Shown here: in pieces, positions 49,351-61,559 of the stretch
How the letters are laid out: each line of letters opens with the position of its first letter
Position numbering within the stretch: position 1 is the stretch's first letter
Assembly: GCA_036172245.1 (NCBI GenBank)
Contig: JAYWIR010000042.1
Location: forward strand, 124,001 to 188,000
Source: Raillietiella orientalis
Lineage: Eukaryota
Direction of reading: 5' to 3'
Length of the DNA stretch: 64,000 bases
Notes under the pieces: generated by a model
The model's input: only the letters and a program-made list of their open reading frames with translations
The model's database searches: none
What the model was told of the DNA's origin: nothing
Position numbers and translations under genes: made by a program

Positions 49351-52300
49351 CAAGGGGTTTTTATTAATGAAAGGAATCTTCCTCTAGCCTGAATCGTCAT
49401 AGTAGATTTCGGCTCTTATGTTCCCTAACAGATCAAAGCATCATGTCACCTGGGGCATGCCAAATGTCATTCACGCATCCTGGATTTCACTTAAGTGCTT
49501 CTTACCGTGCCCTTACATGTTTATTTGTTTTTTTTTTCCTTTCATATCAAAAGCATCACTCGAGAGCATTCTATCTTGGTAGATAGTTCATTGAGGTTGC
49601 TTACTGATCCCATAGCAAGGGTCGACGTTGCAAGCGAATGGAACGCGTGCAAAACGGACAAAGACAACGACTTTTTGCAATGAGCTCCCAACATCACCAC
49701 GTGAACTTAACGATGTGTGAACGTAAAGATCTTTTGTGTGTGTGTGTGTGTTACTCCTTCGCTACTTTGAGGAGGATTTCAATCCACACCGGCACGGGAG
49801 GCAAATGTGCCACGTATTCTTGCAGTTGAACAATTTTTGCGTTTCATTCCACTTTTCTGAACCGTCTCAATTCAGTTTTTCTTGTTGCTGTTCATGTCAG
49901 GAATAGCTTTCAATTTATTGTGGCAATCAACAAGAATGAGTCCCTTACTGTATGTAGGGTTGGGACCTCCTTAAAGGCTTGCCCTAATGATGGAAAATTA
50001 AGTGAAACGTGTGAATGTGAGTAGGTAAAACGCGTAAGATATATTCAAAGAGAAAATAAATTCCTCTCTGGGTGTACTGGAAGGGCAGGAAAAGGCTGGC
50101 ACCTGGCTACAAAACATGCACGTGAAAATTGCACAACGAAATGGCTGCACGTATCCTCGTTCGGATGAAAGGTGCCCTGCTACAGCGTGCGCAGCTTCCC
50201 GATTTCCTCATGAATCCTCGATCTCGTTCTGTCAAGCACAAGGACCGTGGAAATACAAGTGCTGCGTACTTCATTTTTCACTTTCAGCTCTTAAACTTCG
50301 CTTGGTGCGTACATTACTGCAATGGCGAAGAGCTTCTTAATAAACTGCCTCTATCCATTTAAATAGAGTTTTTTTGTCCCGTTCCTTAAACCTTGTTAGG
50401 GGCTTTTATTGCGCCACTTCCCCCCCCCCCCCACTTCCAACAGCACGCTGCTTTTGATTCTGGCCTTCCCTAAGTAACAAACATTTCCATTTTCTTCAAG
50501 GTTCTAACGCCACGTTCCACAATTGCTTAGTTTTTCAAGGAACGAGGACTTCCAACTCGATAGCTAATTTTATGCAAGCTTAGGTGTAATTAATTCTTCT
50601 CACGTCTGCTCTCGTATAGCCGTTCTGTGCATTACGAGGAAAGTCATTTGCCTTTAAGGCTGCTGTCAAATCCCTACATCCGAATTTATTAAAAATGGGA
50701 GGCGGGTGGGGACGCTTGAAAAAATTAAATGTTGAAAGGAAAGCTCAAGAATTTCTGTCGTCCAATGGAACAAGCACCAGGAAACTATTTAAGTCGTCAT
50801 CTGAGATGATCAAAGACGGAACATTTTCTTTCTTGCACACAGTTCCAGTGGAAAGCAGTCTTTTATGCAAGAGGGAAAATTTTTTCGCAGTGGGAAGCGT
50901 GACATCTTCTCGGCAGGAAAAAAAGGCGCGCTCGGCGAAAGTTTTCGAAATTTTTGGAATTTTTGAAAAATAGGAGAATTCATTTTTTTTTTTCCCCTTA
51001 GAAAAAAGGAACTTTATTGACAATTTAGAGTTTGAAACACCAAGTTTTATGTAAAATCTTTCAGCAGACGCAAAAGCAATTCGAAAAAGAAAAAAAAAAA
51101 AAAAAAGGCAAAAGACTCCTGGTGCGTGACTAAATCAAATGGCATCCTGTATTTGTAAATGAAATTACATATTCATCTTAGCGAAGAAGAATGGTCTCCT
51201 GGAAGATCTGCACGATGAGTCTGGACGAGAGCTGGTGGGCAGCGGACAGCGGTCATCGTGCCACATCCGTGCCTGCGGAACCCGAATCGCCTGCCGACTT
51301 CTGACGTGAGAATCCCATCCACGTGAAGCATGCGATCCCCCCGAGATGGGATCCCAGTTGAGGAATAGGGGGTCCTGGAGTGAGCAGAGTGATCCACAGG
51401 CCAATCCTCGGTGAAATTCTTTTTTTCTTTTTTTTTTCCTTCACCCCCCCCCCCCCCCCCCCCTTCTTTTCCTTTCCGATTGTTTCTGGCCGTTGATAAA
51501 ACAATTGGAAACTTCAGAGTGTCGGAAATACGTGAATGGCATATTGCGTGAACCCACAAAATGGGATTTAATCACAATAAAAGATTTACTCTAGCCGACC
51601 ACTTTTCAGATAATTCAGAATAATTGAAATAATGAATTATTTAAAAACTGTAAGTAAAATAATTCCAGAAATCGACTAGAATTTTAGTGGTTTACGCGAC
51701 CTTATTGATTGAGAATGACAAGAAAGAAAGAAAAGAAAAGGAAAGTGACTGAATAGTATCTAAATGTTTGTTTAGAAAGTAGAACATGGAACACTCAATA
51801 TTTTTTTGATTTCGGTTGTCGTAGACTATGTATAATATGAGGATGATTTCTCGTGTACTTTACATGCGCACTGTGACGTTTGGAGTGCATCAAAAATGCA
51901 GTCATGTACAGTGAAATACAAAATTAATGGTTTCTCGAGTTTAAAGGTTATCGAGAGTTTATGGGGGGGGGGGAACACATAAATAAAGATATAATGAAAA
52001 TAACTCATCGAAATTTGCACATATTGTTTATCACCGGAATATTAGCATACATATTTTTGAATGCCACAAAAAGTCATGAATTCTCTTCGTCATAAATGTA
52101 ATTCCTAGAATGGTTGAACAAAAGAAGAAAAAACTGTTGATGGATTAATTAAACTCAAATATTCACTCGATAATGCCCGAGCAACAGGGATTATTACTTT
52201 TCATCATAATTTTTTCTAAGCTTTTTTCCAATTCTTTGTCATTAATTGCACCAATATCACTTTTAACCTCATAAATAAAGAATTGTTTATGAGACTTTGA

Positions 52301-54299
52301 TGAATTAATAGGGGATTCATTAAGAACTAAGAATTTTGTCAAATTTTGATGACTGAAAATTGTCCCTGAGTACAAACTTGGTACAACCAATTACATGGAG
52401 CTGATAAATCGTTTTGGTATCTTGTAAGGGTGAATGCTGTTGCTCCCCTAAACTTTGTGTTTCTTTTCAAACCCTGCACCCAACTTGGTTTCCAGATTAG
52501 CAGCTTTCCAACTCACCATGACTTATCTTTATGATGTTGTCAAAGGGTAGCACAGATTTAAAACATGAAGTTCAAGGAGATAGTCAAGTATTTAATATTC
52601 ACTTTGGATAAAATGCAAAGCAAAAAGAAGCCCAAAGCAAAGGAAGCAGATGCCTCACATGAGAAGACGAGCGAGCACCGGTCTGATTTCATAATCAAAG
52701 TGTAGTCTGGGTGTGAAAATTGGGTCTTCTTGAAAGAAATCTGCCAGCTCAAAAGCTCAGCAAAATTCCTGATTGGTTCGTGAAATAGTAACAGTGAAAT
52801 AAAAGTGGTAGACGATGGGTTTATCACAACCAAAAAAGGAAAAAAAAAAACCAAAAAAAACCAGGGAATGATGCAAACGGAAGAGCTCTCAAGTAGCCCG
52901 AGTGAAAATAATAAGTGAAGGATGAAATGATAGCAATCATCAAAGGAAAGAAATTTTGCCGCCCGGTGTGCACGCATAGTTTTCAAAAGTTTATGGGAAT
53001 CATTGAAAAGGGAAAGAAATTCACCACATGAAACATGCGGATAAAGATTACCGTTACTTTCTACGAGATTCCGATGGATTTGGCAGAAAATGACGATCGA
53101 GAAGTGGAAAGCTCAAAAGGAAACGAAAATAGGTTGAATGGCTGCAGCGCTGAGGAGGGAAAAGGTCCGCTTTTCCATCTGTGGGAATCCTTTCTCAAAG
53201 GGAAACACCCTCGTCTGCCATGAGTATCCCATGTGGAAAGCTAACTTTGGGAATTTCAGTCAGAAGGCACTCTCTACCCCGACAGACAGATAGAAGGAAG
53301 GAACGGGCTATACGGATGCGGCATTTGCACCGGCGAAAGAACCTGAATCGAAAAAACAAGAAGAGGAGGGACCTTGGAGATCCTCATGCAATGAAGTTTC
53401 GGTCCATCAACGGGCCTGCTTGCTTTTTGCCACCGGCGAGCATACTTGAAAAACGGCTGATGTTCGGCAGTACGGTTTTCATTTTTTGTACCAATATGAC
53501 TTCAGTTCTGTGCTAAGGAAGACGTTGCACCTCTCTCTTCTTTAATGTAGGAAGTATCGAATAATGTAGGGACTTCCCACTCGCCCTGTGACCCTTGCGG
53601 TCCGTTTCACCCAGCCGCATGGCACTTCTGAGCCGATGTTATCAGAGCGCTCCCGTCAGTGAATGAGACTCCGTCGTTCTGAAGATGACACCCTGGTTGC
53701 GGTGGTTCTCTTGTAAAAAGGATTCGTCTCCAATTCCCGTAAGCACCCGTTGAGGTTTCAGCCGTTCATTCGACATTCGCCGCATCGAATGAACGGCCGC
53801 AGCGTCGTAGAAAGAGACCTACGATGTGTTTGGGGCTGTCGCGTTTCGCGATTTCTTTCGATGAGCACCTCCGTGCAATCCGCGCCAATAATCAACAACT
53901 CAGTAACATGTAGCAACTGACTACGGTTACTGACATGACGATGTTGACCTTTCGGTATGCCTGGTTTTTGTGACGTTGTATGCATGAGAGAGTTGGTGTC
54001 CTCATTAGGGGGTGGGTATCCACGAGGTAGATTGTTCTCCATCTGGCAAATGCGAGTTCGTGTCGGTTTCAGATTATAGCACGATCTAGAGCTAACGTGA
54101 TTTCTTGGTTTATAGCTTCACAAGAAACAAACAACCTGTAGGAAAGGATCCCGCGATTCGTTTATCCTCCTGTTTCCTTGTCACCATTTCTTCTTGCGAC
54201 TCCAATTCACGAAGAATAATTTTCAATAGAACCGTTCCGTTGTGCTTCTTCCGTGGTACGAGAAGAACGAAATCCACTCGCTACACTCCTCTTCCTTAC

Positions 54300-54536
54300 T
54301 CATCCACCCCTTTCCCTCATATGTTCATGTCCGAAGAAAATTTCATACTTTCCAACCCCCTAGCAACTCCTTCACACATTCAACCCGAATGATACTTCCT
54401 ATTCGCTTATACTATTCTACGGTCAATCCCCAACAAGCTAGTAGGAGTAATTGCCCTAATCTCCAGAATTCTTATTCTAACCACCTCACCAATATGCAAA
54501 CTTCCAACCCTTCCGACCTCTCACTACTATCCTACA
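54300..54536 (+). pseudogene. cob: NUMT: fragment of mitochondrial cytochrome b
   Basis: Standard-code translation FPHMFMSEENFILSNPLATPSHIQPE(TGA=W)[24 protein letters not shown](AGA=S)ILIL contains the PEWY motif region of cytochrome b. Confidence 0.93.
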
Positions 54537-55490
54537 AAAAAGGAAAAGCAAAAGCTATGGAAAGAGAACGCAAATTGCGGTTATGGGGCAGTTGCGGCAG
54601 TTACTAGAAAAGCTGTCCTATCGATGACCCAAGGGAATCCTAAACATTTGTTGTGACCGATCAAGTCGAACCGAAACTACTATGTCGTGGAAACAAATTC
54701 TCCGCTTTTGTCTTGTTTGATTTTAGAGCGTTGTAAAAAGCACCACAATCTTCGGCAAGCTTTTGGCCCTTCCGTCTGAGGGTATGAGACAAATAACAGT
54801 ATAGGGTTCACGGACCGCAAGAGGGGCGATCTTGAAAATTTTTTGCTTCCTGAAAACCAGCGAGGTCACAGCCGAGTGAAATGAATAAAATAAATCCGAA
54901 ATCTCATCACCAAAATCTGGGAGACGGGAACCTCTGGGAGAAGTTCGAGGGGGATGCTCGAGTCAACGCTTCGCGATTTCCGTTTCCTCTCAAATTCAAT
55001 TCAGCCGGTGTTCTCACGAAAGAAAAGAAAGGGAAAAAATTGGCAACGTCAACTACTCCAGCAATGAGCCAGAAAACGCTTGGAAAATGGCTCAAAAATA
55101 CGTTACGGATCTGAGTGAAAATTTGCGTTTCGCTCTGCCCGATGGCTATTTGTTGTTGTAGCAGACTCCCGTAGACTACCGCATGACGATTCCCAGTACG
55201 GAAAAAACTAGAAAGTAGAACTTTGAGCGCATTCGTTAAGAATCATGTGTGCCATCAGTCTGAGAGGACGGTGATTCGGGAAAACATTATTTCCGTTGTG
55301 TCCACCGCAGTTGGCAAACGCTCTGCATAGACGTCCCGCGCAAGTTTCGAACTTCAAAATGGTTTCATCGAAGATGGTTTTGTTGGTGGTTCCCTGCACG
55401 AGGTCGCTCAACCCACTGTAGCGAGACTTAACAGCACGTGTCGGTCAGAAAAACACACACACAAAAAGGTAGAAATCACGTCAGAAGCCA

Positions 55491-57344
55491 ATGCTGGGTT
55501 ACTTTATTCTGACCTCTGTACCAAACGCCGACTTCCTCGTGTTCCTTTGCCTTTCCCGAACGGTAACCGGAATGAAAGCTTGCATTTATTTCCTTGTAGA
55601 AGTTTAGTAGGGATGACGAGGAGCGGGACTTCCACAAACCAAGCCAGAAAAAGGTGAAAAGGAAGCCGATCCGGAAACTCACGCTGGTATTCCTAATCAC
55701 GTCAGCCACGGGGCTGATGTTTCTACTGATAGGTGCGACTTTAATGATACTCTCGCCTACGTTGGAGAGCAGACGCATCGAGAGCGTGAGTGCCCGTCAC
55801 CAGACGTCCCATTCTGACACTTTGCTCGCTACAGATTATGCAGTTGTTCCCGAAAAGGGAAGCCTTCGAGAGGTGGAGGAACCCCGAGCTTCCTTTCTTA
55901 TTTAAGGTCTACCTTTTCAACATCACCAATCCGCAAGCCGTTTTGAGCAAGGGTGCCAAGCCCAAGGTTGTGCAAAGGGGGCCTTACATTTACAAGTAAG
56001 TGCACGCCTTGGTCATAGGCGACGCGGACGGTTCCGATTTCGGCTTTGAATGGCAAGCTGCTTTGGCGATAGAGAGGAGATAGAGAGAATTCCCACGGGA
56101 GGAAAATCTAGGGATACCGGGGAGATCCGATACGTGCTCAAAAAAAATTTCACCTTCGACTGGGAGAGATCTCATCCACGGAGCGAAAAGGAATGGATTA
56201 GCACCGTGAACGTACCCCTTTTGGTAAGATTTCGCAAGTGGTCCGTGGGTTTACCATGCCCCAGCACTTGGCGCAAGCCTTCCATGAGAAAAATGCACTC
56301 TTGAAGTCCTCATTCCGGAAAAATGTCCTGAACTCCAGCCAGAGTATCTTTCACTCTGCGTCCGTGGGCGAACTTTTGTTTCGAGGCGTTCGTTATTCCA
56401 CGTTGAAAAAGCAGCTGCACATCTGGAAATCTTTATCCCCTGAATCTTACAGGAGGTTCGCCTTTCTTCATGGAGTAAGTGAGCCGCGAGCGGAAACGGA
56501 GTCATGCTGTGCGATCTTCAGAAGAACAACTCGATCAGAGATGAATTCTCGGCGAGCACCGGGAAGGTCGTCATCCAGAACCTCGGTCTTTTGAAACGAG
56601 TCAACGGCCAGAAGCTACTGCACATCTGGAACGAGACCTCCTGCAACAAGATCCGAGGAACCGACGGCTTGAGCTTCCCCCCTCTCCTGCCCAGGAAGCT
56701 CTGGATCCACGTGTTCTCTACGGAACTGTGCCGCTCGCTGCCCATGAAGCGGGTGGCGTCCGAAACGGTGCACAGACTTTCTGGGGAGCGATACGAACTA
56801 TCCTCAAGGGTGTTCGACCCGCTGGACCAAAAGGGCTGCTTTTGTATGGAAGACCAAACGAACTGTTCCGTCGCTTCGGACCTGCTTGAAGTGCAACCGT
56901 GCCTGAAATTCGTGTATCTCTCGAATCCACACTTCTACCAAAGTCGCCTCCCTCTGAGCTCTGTCGACGGGCTGGAACCTTCGAAAGCCAATCACTCGAG
57001 CTTTCTGGTGCTGGAACCGGTAAGCCGCTGACACGTTTGCACTGGCCTTCAAGGCTTCCCTGCAGAAGAGTGGTTACCTGCTGAGATACTTCAGACGCGT
57101 GCAGTACAACATCCACCTGAGTCCAGTACTAGAGCTGAAGCTGTTCCGAAATGTCACCAACGTGATGATTCCTTTGCTGTGGACCTCTGAAGAATTCGAC
57201 ATCACTCGGCATTCCGCGAGGGAAATTCGTGTCGAGCTGCTAGGCATCAATCCGGTGGTGTTCTTCATCATGTGGACCGCCATCACCATAGGAAGCTCGC
57301 TGATTGTGGTCTCCTTGATTTTCTGCGTGTGCTCGAGGAAATGA
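55491..57344 (+). CDS. Second, more divergent CD36/scavenger receptor class B family protein, ~518 aa
   Basis: Exons 55491-55562 (tentative), 55600-55785, 55835-55995, 56073-56223, 56265-56474, 56522-57019, 57066-57344. Motifs KVYLFNITNP, GPYIY, ELLFRG, CNKIRGTDGLSFPP, ELCRSL, CFC, YLSNPHFY, RVQYN. The five internal intron positions match the first paralogue. Confidence 0.93.
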
Positions 57345-57392
57345 GCATCCTTTTCCCCTTCGTGTGTTTCCAGGGTGCTCTCTCGTCACGAC

Positions 57393-57398
57393 AATAAA
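57393..57398 (+). terminator. Polyadenylation signal of the second CD36-like gene
   Basis: AATAAA 49 bp after the stop codon. Confidence 0.6.
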
Positions 57399-58399
57399 AA
57401 GGCTCGCCTTCTTTTTTGAGGAGGAACGTTCCGGAAAACGTGTGCACTTTGTGCCTTTCCTCTGTCAGATCCTGGAGCATTCCCAGGTACTCCCGTCTTC
57501 CACTTCACGCTAACGGAAGGACTGATAAGGTGCAACCCCCATTTTCCTTTCTTCTTCTTTGTATTTTTTTGCCACTGTTGTTGCAGCTGTCTCTCGTTCA
57601 TTATCGAAAGAGTTGCACTGGGAATCTCCCGGAGTGTTCGTGCAAATCCCCCTGAGTAGTTGCTGCACGTCATCTCTCGTGCGTGCACACGAGAGCATCC
57701 CGAGGAAGTCGTTCCCTTCGTTGCCAAGGAGAGAGATTCTGAAAGCCGCAGAAATCTTTCTCGGACGGAGTCTCGAAGCGCATGACGTCTGTGTTTCCGA
57801 TGTTCCTGCCTTACTAAAACCTGACCGCTTGACTCGCCTTTACCCTCAGCTCCCTTTCCCTTCTACGCCATTCCTCCAGCCCTCTAAAGACTTACTTTCA
57901 CTTTTCCTACTTTTTTTTTCGCTGCTTCTTTCACAAAAGGTGAGCGGTTCCCCATTCCTTCGCGCAAAAAGACCCGGACGTCGGGTGCGCCGCCGGGAAA
58001 GACGAAGTTGCTCTCGCTTTCACCTCCGGCAGAAGGCAAATCGTTTTTGTTTCTTTCCGAGATATTCGAGTGTTTTCGATCATCTCCCGAAGACCTGCGA
58101 CTCGCAACTCCTTCCATCCCCCTCTTTCACGAGGGCGCGCGAGTGTGCATTTCCGGATCCGCCAACCTTCCCTCTCGCGCTCCGAGAGTTCTGGAAGAGA
58201 AAACAAACCCCCCAAGGTAAAGCAAAGACGCAGGCGCCCGCCGACAAGCGGAGGCAGCCAAAGACCTTGACAACTTGGGATCCTCCTTCTCGCACCGCGT
58301 TCGCTCGCGACTCTCGGACAACGCTGCGGTGTTCGACGTCGGCGTCGGCATCTCCCAGCGAGAGAGGCTGCGATGAGCCAGAAAGGAAGGAGGATATGC

Positions 58400-59041
58400 A
58401 CAGAAGGAAACGCCAGTCGCACTGAACGGCGGCGTTGCCTGCGTGGGGACACACCGACAGGGGGACGGACGCGCCGGAACGCAGCTACCGTGGTGGCAGT
58501 TTCGCGCCGCTTTGCATGACATCAACGAAGGAGGAAGATTGCAGCGTCGCTGTCTGCCTCGCTCGTCGCCAGCCGCCGCTACCCTCTCCTTCTACTTTGG
58601 TTCCGTTGCGCCCTCCTCGAATCTGAACCTTGCACAACACCTCGGGCTGTGGCTGAGCCACCTCTGCGGAGTTACGCCACGAGCGAGCGCCTGCCGCGAG
58701 CAAACCTCTTGACCCTCCGCGACGCTAGGGTCGGAGGCGGAACGCTCTTTCGAGTCTACCTCCCATCCTCCTCCTCCTGTGGCGGCAGGATTACCGATGG
58801 GGCTGTGCCGCCCTCCATCCCTGCGAGCTGCACTTCCGCCGCGTGGAAGCAGGGTTGCCACCCCTGCGAACTCCATAGAAGCCACGAGTCGCAGCTTTCG
58901 AGCAGGGCACTCTCCAAGCGTCCGTCACCTCCCTCGCCACGGCGTTCGAGCTGCCCTTCTGTCGCGGGCTCTCCTGTTTCCCCTTGGCCATCCATTCGTT
59001 CCAGATACAAACTCCGTTCGATCCTTCTCGTCCACTGGACA
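58400..59041 (-). mobile_element. Probable decayed LINE C-terminal remnant
   Basis: RQALARGVTPQRWLSHSPRCCARFRFEE resembles a zf-RVT region. Weak. Confidence 0.3.
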
Positions 59042-59896
59042 AGATCTCTCCCAATCGAAGGTGAAATTTTTTTTGAGCACGTATCGGATCTCCCCGGTAT
59101 CCCTAGATTTTCCTCCCGTGGGAATTCTCTCTATCTCCTCTCTATCGCCAAAGCAGCTTGCCATTCAAAGCCGAAATCGGAACCGTCCGCGTCGCCTATG
59201 ACCAAGGCGTGCACTTACTTGTAAATGTAAGGCCCCCTTTGCACAACCTTGGGCTTGGCACCCTTGCTCAAAACGGCTTGCGGATTGGTGATGTTGAAAA
59301 GGTAGACCTTAAATAAGAAAGGAAGCTCGGGGTTCCTCCACCTCTCGAAGGCTTCCCTTTTCGGGAACAACTGCATAATCTGTAGCGAGCAAAGTGTCAG
59401 AATGGGACGTCTGGTGACGGACACTCACGCTCTCGATGCGTCTGCTCTCCAACGTAGGCGAGAGTATCATTAAAGTCGCACCTATCAGTAGAAACATCAG
59501 CCCCGTGGCTGACGTGATTAGGAATACCAGCGTGAGTTTCCGGATCGGCTTCCTTTTCACCTTTTTCTGGCTTGGTTTGTGGAAGTCCCGCACCTCGTCA
59601 TCCCTACTAAACTTCTACAAGGAAATAAATGCAAGCTTTCATTCCGGTTACCGTTCGGGAAAGGCAAAGGAACACGAGGAAGTCGGCGTTTGGTACAGAG
59701 GTCAGAATAAAGTAACCCAGCATTGGCTTCTGACGTGATTTCTACCTTTTTGTGTGTGTGTTTTTCTGACCGACACGTGCTGTTAAGTCTCGCTACAGTG
59801 GGTTGAGCGATCTCGTGCAGGGAACCACCAACAAAACCATCTTCGATGAAACCATTTTGAAGTTCGAAACTTGCGTGGGACGTCCATGCAGAGCGT
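59042..59896 (-). pseudogene. Inverted partial duplicate of the second CD36-like gene (5' flank, exons 1-3, part of exon 4)
   Basis: Reverse complement of 55318-56172 with about six substitutions seen by eye. ATG (59723) and splice sites are retained. Confidence 0.95.
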
Positions 59897-60529
59897 GTTC
59901 CTCCTTCGTCCAGTTTCAAATTGGGAATGTGCTGGTCACTGTCCTCAACCCTCAATTCAGGAAGGAATCTCGTATCTCCAGGACGCTAGCTCTCCGATCC
60001 TTGGAGGATGCGTTTACTTCTGAGAAATTTTCGTCTGGAAGCTCTGCCCATTTTTTTCCTTGCTGATCATCCCTTTTCCGAGAAGGGATCGACGTGCTTC
60101 TGCTTCCACTTTTCTTTTTCTTTAGCAGTCAGCGTTTTGGCACGGTTAAGCTGAGGGTCAGCTGCCTACCGAACCCTCGTGGAGAACTTCGCGAAGCCTG
60201 TTGGACTCGCGCTCTTGTTCAGGAGAACATGATCCAGAGATGATGCGCTCTCCATCTCCCGCGACGAAGCATCCCTGCGCTGAGGTTCACTGCTCGAAGA
60301 TGAGAAGGTGCCATTCCTCTGTGAAAGCTTCGCCATCAGACAAAAAGAGGGATGGAATCCTACCCCTGTTTGACAGCATGGTTCATATGAATGTGACTCA
60401 TGTCTGGCAGCGTAGCCCCTCCGATGCTCACGTCCAGGGTAGCATGCCTTGCCGCGGTGCCGCCCTCCTTGAGGGAGCTTCTGGGTAGCAACCTACCGGC
60501 AAAATAAATGAGATTCTCTCTTGTGAGAT

Positions 60530-61405
60530 CGACTCCAGATGGAAGATGCGGGGTGGCGCTGGACCACGGGCAGGCTGACTGACACTGCAGTCCCAAGTGC
60601 CCCAGAGAACGGACTTTTGAGCTGGGCTGAGCTGCCGGGAATTCCCCTTTGAGATGCCGAGTGACCCCCGGCGCTTTCGAACAGCCGCACTCTCCCTACC
60701 AAGTGAAAGGAGCCGGCGCTTCTGCTGCTGCACTGAGGCCTCCCGTGCAACGTCCCGCCGGCGTGACCGGACTTGGGTAGGGTGTATGGAACCAAACTGC
60801 AGCAGATGAGGGAACGCTAATCTTTTCCGCACCTGCTCGTGGACGGGCTCGTTGCCCCGTGACCCTTGAGGGAACTTTCTGCTGCATCGACCCTCTGGAC
60901 TCCATGTGGCAACCCCAGGTACGCACGGAAACTCTTCTTCGTGTGTGACTCATCGCCGCCAGCCGCGCCCGCAGCAGCTCTTTGCTGCCTGCGCAGGAGC
61001 GACCTGGAGCGATGCGAGAGGAGGACGCTGAGACAGGGAGGCCATCGCCACTTTGCCGTTCGCTTCATGAAGATGGCAACAAGATAGCTCCACCTGAAGA
61101 TTACTCGGCAGGACCTTGCCGGCACCCTCGAAAAGATGCAGAGGACGGCATCCACCAGGCTGTGATCCCTTCTCGTGATCCTCCCCCCCCCCAAAGTTAT
61201 TTTCTTTGTTTATTACTTTTCTTGGTATTTTTATTTTTTTCTTCTTTGTTTCCTCATTTCCTCCCTGATCTCAGGGGAGACACTCTCCCCGGTCTACGCA
61301 CCGGCTTCTCGGCGGGTTCCTCGTGGACGTGGTAGGGTCTATAGCCCTACTACCTTTGTACTATTTTTCTTTAAAATAAATATACGCCTCAGCGAACCCC
61401 GGTGG
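60530..61405 (+). mobile_element. 5'-truncated L1/Tx1-like LINE 3' end (same family as 10038-10488 and 47999-48883)
   Basis: RWTTGRLTDTAVP..ENGLLSWAEL aligns with GWRTCELADAASP..PKGLLRWSEH. Also AALCCLRR...HFAVRFMKMATR, a T-rich UTR, and AATAAA at 61375-61380. The 5' boundary is uncertain. Confidence 0.75.
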
Positions 61406-61559
61406 AAAATCCAGAATAACATCCGGTTAGACGAGCTAGCGAAGCAGAAACATGTCCAGCATATGGACCGCAAGTTGTCAAGAATCTGGACGAATCCAAG
61501 CGCTCTCGAACTCCGAGGAAGGAGAACTAAAGATTATATTCGGGAGGTTCACTTCTGAT

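Noticed and set aside
53570..54830. Terminal inverted repeats around the NUMT (CTTGCGGTCCGT / ACGGACCGCAAG)
   Set aside because: Only about 12 bp of clear match and no target-site duplication; not enough to call an element.
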